In this document: positions 57,066 to 64,000 of the stretch, piece after piece | Numbering within the stretch: the first letter of the stretch is position 1 | How the letters are laid out: each line of letters opens with the position of its first letter | DNA from: Trichosphaerium sp. ATCC 40318 | Taxonomy: Eukaryota > Protista > Tubulinea | Direction: 5' to 3' | Length of the DNA stretch: 64,000 nucleotides | Assembly (NCBI GenBank): GCA_038496445.1 | Contig: JALMLS010000017.1 | Coordinates: 124,001-188,000, forward strand | The notes under the pieces: model-generated | The model's input: the letters and a program-made list of their open reading frames with translations, nothing else | The model's database searches: none | Told to the model about the DNA's origin: nothing | Made by a program: the position numbers and the translations under genes

Positions 57066-58346
57066 TCAATCACTGAGTCTTTTACGTAATTCAAAAGCAC
57101 TTCCCTCTGTGCTCATACCTAAGACATGATTAGCGCCTTACTTGCGAAAAAAAAGAGGGCGAAGAAAAGAAATACCTCGTTTTTTGCACTCTTCTCTTAA
57201 TTCCTTGCTATTCATCTCAAGGAAAGTCTTTTTCTTTTCTTGTTTCTTTGTATCTTCTGTTGATGTTGTAGCTTCAGTCTTTTTATCAGCCTTTCCGCCA
57301 ACACTGAAATCCAACAGTTTTTTATAGTCGAAAGTTGTTGGTTGGTCGTTAAATTCTTGTACAAGGCTGTAGCGTTGTTCGTCAAGGTAATTGAGTTGGT
57401 GTAGATTCAATAGAGCTTGAGCTTCAGTGAGTTCAATCTCGCGATTATTTATTTGAGTGCGCATAAGGACGATCTATTTTATCAAGAGATTAGTATGACA
57501 GGTTTTATAAAAATGACATTTTTTTTGACACATTTTGACATGGTCGTTTACTTACGCCTTTGCTTCTCTGTAATTCACAGTAATATATCACTTTAAGTGC
57601 TGGCATAGCGTTATCCTTTGCACGTTGGTACTCGCTTAGTGGAGTAAAAGCCAACATATTGTCTACCCACCTACATACAAAAAACTCTGCATATTCTTGA
57701 CCATCCTTTTTTCTTGGTACTAAAAATGAAATCAAATGTCAACACGTGTTTGCCTTACTACTATAATATTTATACTATCGTACGTGGTATAGTAAATGTA
57801 GGATATGGCTCTACTTTTGCTAGTAATTTATCATAAACATCTGAAGGTAGAACACCACAAAGGCAGAATCTATGTCTCGCATAAGAAATTTTTTTTTTTT
57901 TTTTTTTTTTGTTCTTGGTTTGACGCTAAACGTACTTGTTCTCATGGTACAGTTTCCATATTTGTTCTATTTTCTCTTTAGGTTCTTTTTGTAATAAATC
58001 CAGTTTGACTACTTCTTCTAGACGCCCAGGAACTGTCACTCCAGGTAAATCAGCGAGCTAATACGTTAGCGTTGCGTGGTAATGTCAAAACACTTACTTG
58101 AGAAGCTGGTGGAGGTTCCATATCAATTAATTGCCTCGTGGACACATGGTAATTTCGTACTAGCGTTTTTGGTACAACAGGCTCACTTGGTAGTGTGAGA
58201 GGTATAATTATTGATTTTTGAACTACGTACAAGTTGGTTACTGTTTTTTTCGCTTGTACCTTCGCGTGACGTGTTGTAGTCGATCTTGACACGTTTTGCC
58301 GTACAGGAGCGTTATATTTTGTTAGACGGGTCGTAAAACGTAACAT
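57066..58346 (-). CDS. ATP11: F1-ATPase assembly factor Atp11 (ATPAF1) with C-terminal SAP-like motif
   Basis: Presequence MLRFTTRL; LEEVVKLDLL...IEQIWKLYH; YPTFTIPVPR; FTPLSEYQ; YYCEL..KGIVLMR; EAQALL; FNDQPTTFDY; tail MNSKELREECKKRGMSTEGSAFELRKRLSD*. Confidence 0.88.
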
Positions 58347-58437
58347 ATTGGTCTTGTCGCTGGATGGGTAGTTGCCGTGCTTGTTTGCGACGATTTGTGA
58401 AGACTTTTTGTGAAATTAGTTAAGGGACACTAACAAG

Positions 58438-60215
58438 ATGTCTGCTAGGCAAGAAGTGGATATATGCGTTATAGGGGCGGGCCCACAATCACTGTCTCTT
58501 GTAACTAGGCTTCTTGAACCAAACTCGGATAAGACTGCTTCTTTTATCAACGGATCGTATTCTGGTAAACACTGGGTAAGGTCTATACTGTTTTCTATCT
58601 AATTCAGCAGTCGAAACCAAAAATAAGAGAACATCTGAACAAAAAGTATAATAATGACGCCGTACGCAACAAAATTACTGTCATTGATAACCACGGAGGT
58701 AAGAGAACGATGTAGGCGTACCATTAATATTTGACAGGTTGGATGTCACAATGGAAGCAACAATTTAGCTTATTGGGTACGCTGAGAGCATTACAAGCAA
58801 ATATTGAAAAAAGCCTTTGTAATCTTCGGTTAAAGCTCTATTTCGCATCCACTAACGACAACACAGGTATAGAGTACCTACGATCAAACTCTGGAGTGCA
58901 TCCATGTCCAGTAGATTCGAACTCGTTGTTTGCTTATGCAAACATGAATGATAGAGAGGATGAGCTGTATAACAAAGAAATAGACAAGTCATCAAAAAAG
59001 CAATACGATGGCATGTACCTTGTCCCAAGCTCAAAGTTATTCCAAGATTTTTGTGATAATCTAGTGGATATGTACTCTATTCGTGATATAGTAGTTAAAA
59101 GTACTGTGACAGATATAGTGCCAGTAATAGAGGACACTGTTGAAGGTAGTAACAAAATAATCTTAATTTTTTCTTATTTGTCTTCTTAGAAAACAAAGCA
59201 GCCAATAGCTTTATTGTACACCTGTCAGATGGTAGTACCCTAAAAGCACAACGTGTTGTTGTAGCTATCGGAACGAATATACCAAATATACCATACTGGG
59301 TACGTTGTATCGTGTTTACTATCACCTGATGTTCTTAATACTAGGCAGAAGATAATCCACAACCTGAACGACTCTGTCACTCGAGCAAATTGATTGGTAT
59401 GTCGTTGTTCCAAATGTTAACTCATACATGATTAGGTGCCAATGGTGTTAGTATATGGACTCAGGATCAACTTTCGGATAAGAGGGTGCTTGTTGTGGGA
59501 GGTGGCTTGTCTGCTGGACACTTATGTAATCTGGCATGCGCAGCAGGAGCGAAGACAGTTAGAATGGCATTACGAGGCGCATTATCTGTTAATCATTTTG
59601 ATATTTCATTAAAATGGAGTGGATCACAACGTATACCAATGATTAAGAAGTATAAACAAATGACATTTGAACAAAGGCTAGAAAGAATGAAAGAGGTAAT
59701 GTGCTTTTTTTTTCAAACAGGTTTTTTTGGTAACTTTAAAAATAGGTACGTTCACGTGGAAGTATAAACCCAGAAGTAAAGGGAAAACTCGATAAAAATA
59801 TAGAAAAAGGGAATCTGGAAGTAGTTGAGTACCTAGAGGTTTGGGATATTGAATGGAAAGACAATGAATGGTCTATATCTTTTAGTGATGATTCTATTTG
59901 GTGTTGTGATTTTATATGCTGTGCTACAGGGTTCATTCACGATATTAGAGAAGAGCCTTTACTTAAGAAAGTAATGTCAAGTTTTCCCATAAAAGTACTT
60001 AATGGGATGCCAGCATTACAAGGTAGTCTTAAATGGCATAAAGACTGCCCACTCTATATTTTAGGTAACTTTTTAAGTCTTTATTCTATTCGTATTCTTA
60101 TTTGGATTTAGGACCTTACAGCGCACTTAGTTCTTCACCAGATGCATTGAATTTATCTGGTGCAAGGGTGGGAAGTTGCTTGATAGCTGAGGCATTGCAA
60201 GAAGACGAAAAATAG
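58438..60215 (+). CDS. FAD/NAD(P)-dependent oxidoreductase (lysine/ornithine N-monooxygenase-like fold)
   Basis: ICVIGAGPQSL, WMSQWKQQF, YLRS, PSSKLFQDFC, VVVAIG, VLVVGGGLSAGHL, RGSINP, CATG, LSSSPDALNLSGAR. Confidence 0.85.
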
Positions 60216-60228
60216 GAATCAAACAATT

Positions 60229-63200
60229 CTATATCTTCAATACGTCTTGTACATCTCTAGTGACTGAAACATTCTTGTATTTTTTTTTCAGACAATATAC
60301 CTTTGACATGTTTCCTATACTTGTTTAAAATCTCCTATAGAGTTCATATCAAAGCAAGGTAAAACAAGTACCACAAAAGACCAATATAGGCATTTTTATC
60401 CATCTCTTGTTTGATCTTATTCTTTTGATTAAGTCATGTGCTGCAAACTCATTTCCATCACCTTTACGATAACTATTTGTGATTATACGTAACCTACTGT
60501 TACAGAATCCTATAAACTTTTGAAGCCATGCCAAAACCTCTGTAGACGATGTCATAAGTAATACCTTAATATTAAAAAAATTAGTTTGTTGGTTTAACAA
60601 CCATGTGGGCACCTCTGTTTTCTTTGGTCGTTTTTTAAGCAGTCGCAAAATCTCTTTATTTTCAACGGACATATTATCATCGACCCACAATATAAGACAT
60701 CGTGCATCTCTGTACTTTAACTTGAACTCTCTGTGATTCATATTATTTGTGCACTTATAATAAACAAGATATCGTGGTAGTATCTAGTGGTAAAACATAA
60801 TAAATCAATTGATGAAAGAGAAAAACAAGTAAAGTGAGTACTTGGTTTTTAGAGAAAACTACTATCTCGTCATAGTCAGGCTTTTCATTTTTTGTACAAG
60901 GATAGCAATTTGAAGCACTCGTTGTTTTTTTAACAATGGCATAGTGTGAATCATATCCAGCCTTTACAAATTAGAAACAATAGAAAACAGATGATACCTT
61001 GCATCCTTTTCCATGAAGGCTATTTGAATCATTTGTGCTAGGCTTCTCAGTTGCTGGATATGGCTTTCCCATCATCACCCAGGAAATTAACATGCACGGA
61101 TTCTTTGTAGGACTACTTCCCCATTCGGCATAAACTCTTCCTGCAGTGTTGTTAAAGCAAACTCAAAAAAGAATTAGTTGCTAGTTACCATAGTCAGGGT
61201 ATTGTGTGAAGTAGATACCATTTCCTATAAGAGTTAAATAGTTAGAGCATTAACACTGTGTTGGGTTTTTTGCACCAAAGAATCCTGCATCTTTCTTGTT
61301 TTTAGTTTTGCTTGGTTCCTTAAAATTCGCTGAAGCGATTTGGAAACTGACTTCCTAAATTATGTTACACCATTACACATATACTTTGAGTTTTTGTACC
61401 TCTTTTGTACCATGAAATCCAGCAATTAGATTTATTGCTTCATTTCCAGAAACACGTAAAATGTACTTCTTTAAATGATTCAAAGTACGTTCTTGTGCTT
61501 CTTTTGTCTCTTTATCCACAACAGAATTGCTTTCTATGGAATCTATTGTCATTAAAGTTAAAACTACCACATGAACTAACTAACACACACGACTTACCTG
61601 AGGTTTTAGCCAAAATAACTTTGTTTAGGAGACTTTTGTGTTGTGCTCTAAAGTTTGCTTCTAGTTTTGGATTGTGGAAGAATACAATCTTCTCCACTTC
61701 AAAAAATGAGTCACTATGTGTACCCACAAACTTACAGGTCTAAAAATTACAGTGGTATATACCAGTTTTTTTATGGTATATACCACTTTTTTCAACAAAA
61801 TGGTATATGGACTGGTATATACCATTTTGAAATACCACTTTTTTTAGAAATTAAGTGAATAAAAAAGTGGTATATGGAAGTGGTATATACCACTTTTCAT
61901 TCACATAATGAGACCTTCTAAAAATGGTATATAAAGTGGTATATACCACTTTTTTATGGTATGTGGTATATACCACCTTTTTATTGGTATATACCACTTT
62001 TATGGTATGCTTCAAGAAGGTCATTAAGGAGCTTTTTGGTAATGGGTTTTCTTGTTGAACGATCATAGACGCCATACATTGAACGGTGCGTAGAGACTTT
62101 AGTATATCATAGAATCTAACCAAACCAAGCTCATTCGAACCGCAGGACCTGATTCCAGTACCAACATTAAGGAAACTATATTGCAGGTATTATACAGACG
62201 TTCGTGAGTACCAGACAAAGTTTTATTTTATTTTCGTTTGATATACATTAACCGACCTCCGTAGGCCTTAGTAATTGATGGATTCAGGTGGGACAACTTT
62301 CATTAGGTGCGCAGCATGTTTTTACAGTAGACACAGAAAGCTCATGGAGATGGACGAATTTTACAGACGCCCATAGTAATGTAACTGTAGTGGACATTGT
62401 CCAAAACTTGTAACTCACAAACTGTGTATTAAATAAAGTGTATTTTCTGGAATTGCAGGTGTACCATAAGTAGGCATAAAGTGGTATATAAGAGTGGTAT
62501 ATACCATGAAAAACTGGTATATAAAAGTGGTATATAACTGGTATATACCTAAAAAAAGTGGTATAAAAAAGTGGTATATTTTTTTTTTTCTGGTGAAAAA
62601 AAGTGGTATATTTTCTGTTTTTATACCTGTTTTTTTTGGTATATTGTTGGTATATTTGGTCAATATACCACTTTTTTTGGTATATTTCGGTCAAAATATA
62701 CCACTTTTTTTGGTATATACCATAAAAAACTGGTATAAAAAAGTGGTATAAAAGTGGTATATACCAAAAAAACTGGTATATTTTTTTAGACCTGTATAAA
62801 ACATATTGTAAGCTCTTAAGTACTCAGCTTGACATTCCTGTCCAGAATAAATTAGCTTAGCACTTTTTTTTTTTGAAGTGTACTTGTGTCGTTTCAGTGC
62901 TGACAAGAGAAGTCCATCTCAACCCTTGATACTTTTTTTTATCTTCCTTCCAAATGCCTTGTTTAAGAAATTCTTTTTCATATAAGCTGCTCCAAAAATA
63001 TTGACGCTTAGGCAGTACAGGAAAGCCTTCTTCCAGATGTGATAAAGTTACAACATGTCCTAGTATCTATGTCAAAATAACCTACGCATAGTTTACTTGC
63101 CTGTGCTCTTACATTTGTATGGAGAATCTGTTATCTCTATAAACTGTCCATTTTGAACTTTAACTGGACACAGTTTACGTAGTGTAGCTTTTAATCGCCT

Positions 63201-64000
63201 TGTATATGCATCAAGAGTTTTCTAAAAAATCCAATAAGTTTTGTTGTGGTAGTCAAAAAGCATACTGTCCATAGCCATGGCGCTACTCCTCTTATGACAA
63301 TGTTTATTATGTTATTATGGTATGACAACACAATGGTATTTTCATAAAAATCAGTCAATACAACCAAGTTTGAAAACCATTGAAACTCTTTGTTTCGGAA
63401 TTCTAGATTGCTTGTAAAAACAAAAAAATTGGTACTTTGACATACTTTGTAAGTGTTTCTGCAAATTGTTAAAAACACTTGTTGCAGGAGTGTATAATAA
63501 CCTTATCTTGTATGCCAAGAACTTTAACTTGTGACGCATTATCTCATATTTAGGAGGAAGTACCTTTAACAAAAGTAAACTCAGAATAACTTGGACTAAT
63601 TATTGTCATATGGGTTTTGTTTTTAAAGGTACCACTTTTTGAGAAGTCTTGGCTATTGTATCAACGACAGTTTTTGAAATATTGTTATCCATTGTGTGTA
63701 CATATGACAATAACTTCCAATTTGTTGATGACTTGTACAAACGAAATACTTGTGGCAAATCACCTTGTGCAGCTTGTGTTTGTTTAACTAATGTGATACT
63801 TTTCTTTTGTTGAGTCAACGGTGGAAAGTAAAACATATCAGCCTTAGGTAGTAGTGATATGATTAAATATCCTTCAGAACCATATATTGCCTAACAATAA
63901 AAGTCAACCTCTTGCTTCAAAACGTGTACAATAGTTTTACAAAAATTACAAGATGGATGTGCCTTGAGTACTACATTAAAGCAGCGACCGGATGAAAGGA
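60229..64000 (-). CDS. COR-like + PARP-type ADP-ribosyltransferase + receiver-like domain protein; 5' part outside the window; interrupted by a TIR element at 61735-62794
   Basis: ART: AEYLRAYNMFY[element]KFVG...VEKIVFFHNPKL, GFHGT, DAGFFG-NGIYFT, VMMGKPY, GYDSH, YDEIVVF..Q-ILPRYLVYY; C-terminal ILWVDDN...IITNSYR...PILVFC; upstream LLYTPATSVFNNL...W...INIVIRG...CP...C..GH (COR-like, weaker). Confidence 0.75.
61751..62008. repeat. Left arm array of (AAAAAG)TGGTATATACCA(CTTTTT) palindromic units
   Basis: Repeated TGGTATA/TATACCA motifs with A/T spacers. Confidence 0.92.
62461..62780. repeat. Right arm array of TGGTATA(TACCA) units
   Basis: Repeated AGTGGTATA / TATACCACTTTTTT motifs, outer part inverted relative to the left arm. 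Confidence 0.92.

Larger units (their letters stand above)
61735..62794. mobile_element. Non-autonomous TIR DNA transposon (foldback/MITE-like, TA target-site duplication) with internal unique segment
   Basis: TA|CAGGTCTAAAAA...TTTTTAGACCTG|TA (12-bp perfect TIR); subterminal arms made of TGGTATATACCA palindrome variants; removing the element and one TA restores ATG TTT TAT AAG TTT GTG in the host ORF; no transposase. Confidence 0.88.

Noticed and set aside
61851-62751. ORFs 61851..62123, 62284..62694, 62415..62663, 62494..62751 as exons (including a possible degenerate kinase after COR)
   Set aside because: They lie inside the element and are largely repeat-derived; the host frame joins exactly across the excised element
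61751-62790. CRISPR array or telomeric repeat interpretation of the TGGTATATACCA arrays
   Set aside because: No constant repeat length, no unique spacers, no cas genes, not terminal; the arrays are arms of a TA-flanked TIR element

Overview
AT-rich, gene-dense eukaryotic (protist) genomic DNA with about 28 protein-coding loci broken by many short (mostly ~40-70 nt) spliceosomal introns, so the ORF track shows only exon fragments. Gene models here were spliced by eye and coordinates are approximate at some ends. The gene content (filamin/gelation-factor-like protein, TKL kinase, COR-like domain, PA-7TM receptor) suggests an amoeboid protist, probably Amoebozoa; this is inference. Standard genetic code (TAA, TAG and TGA all used as stops). 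Housekeeping genes: mitochondrial cyclophilin, RBBP4/MSI1, uridine kinase-UPRT, QTRT1, DSC3, GPN3, PGS1, EMC7, ATP11. Highlights: (1) a 1,060-bp TA-flanked foldback/Pack-TIR element (61735-62794) built from TGGTATATACCA palindromes, apparently carrying a captured gene 3' end and inserted in an exon of a COR-like/ADP-ribosyltransferase/receiver-like gene, whose frame is restored exactly by excising it; (2) a ~12.5-kb filamin-like gene with two tandem SERAC1-like alpha/beta-hydrolase domains, both with the nucleophile Ser replaced by Gly, plus triplet super-repeats and a helical insert; (3) three candidate U12-type introns and a 3-nt microexon; (4) intronless F-box/LRR and MORN-repeat genes resembling giant-virus families; (5) unusual fusions (ankyrin-F-box-Rab, ATP11-SAP).
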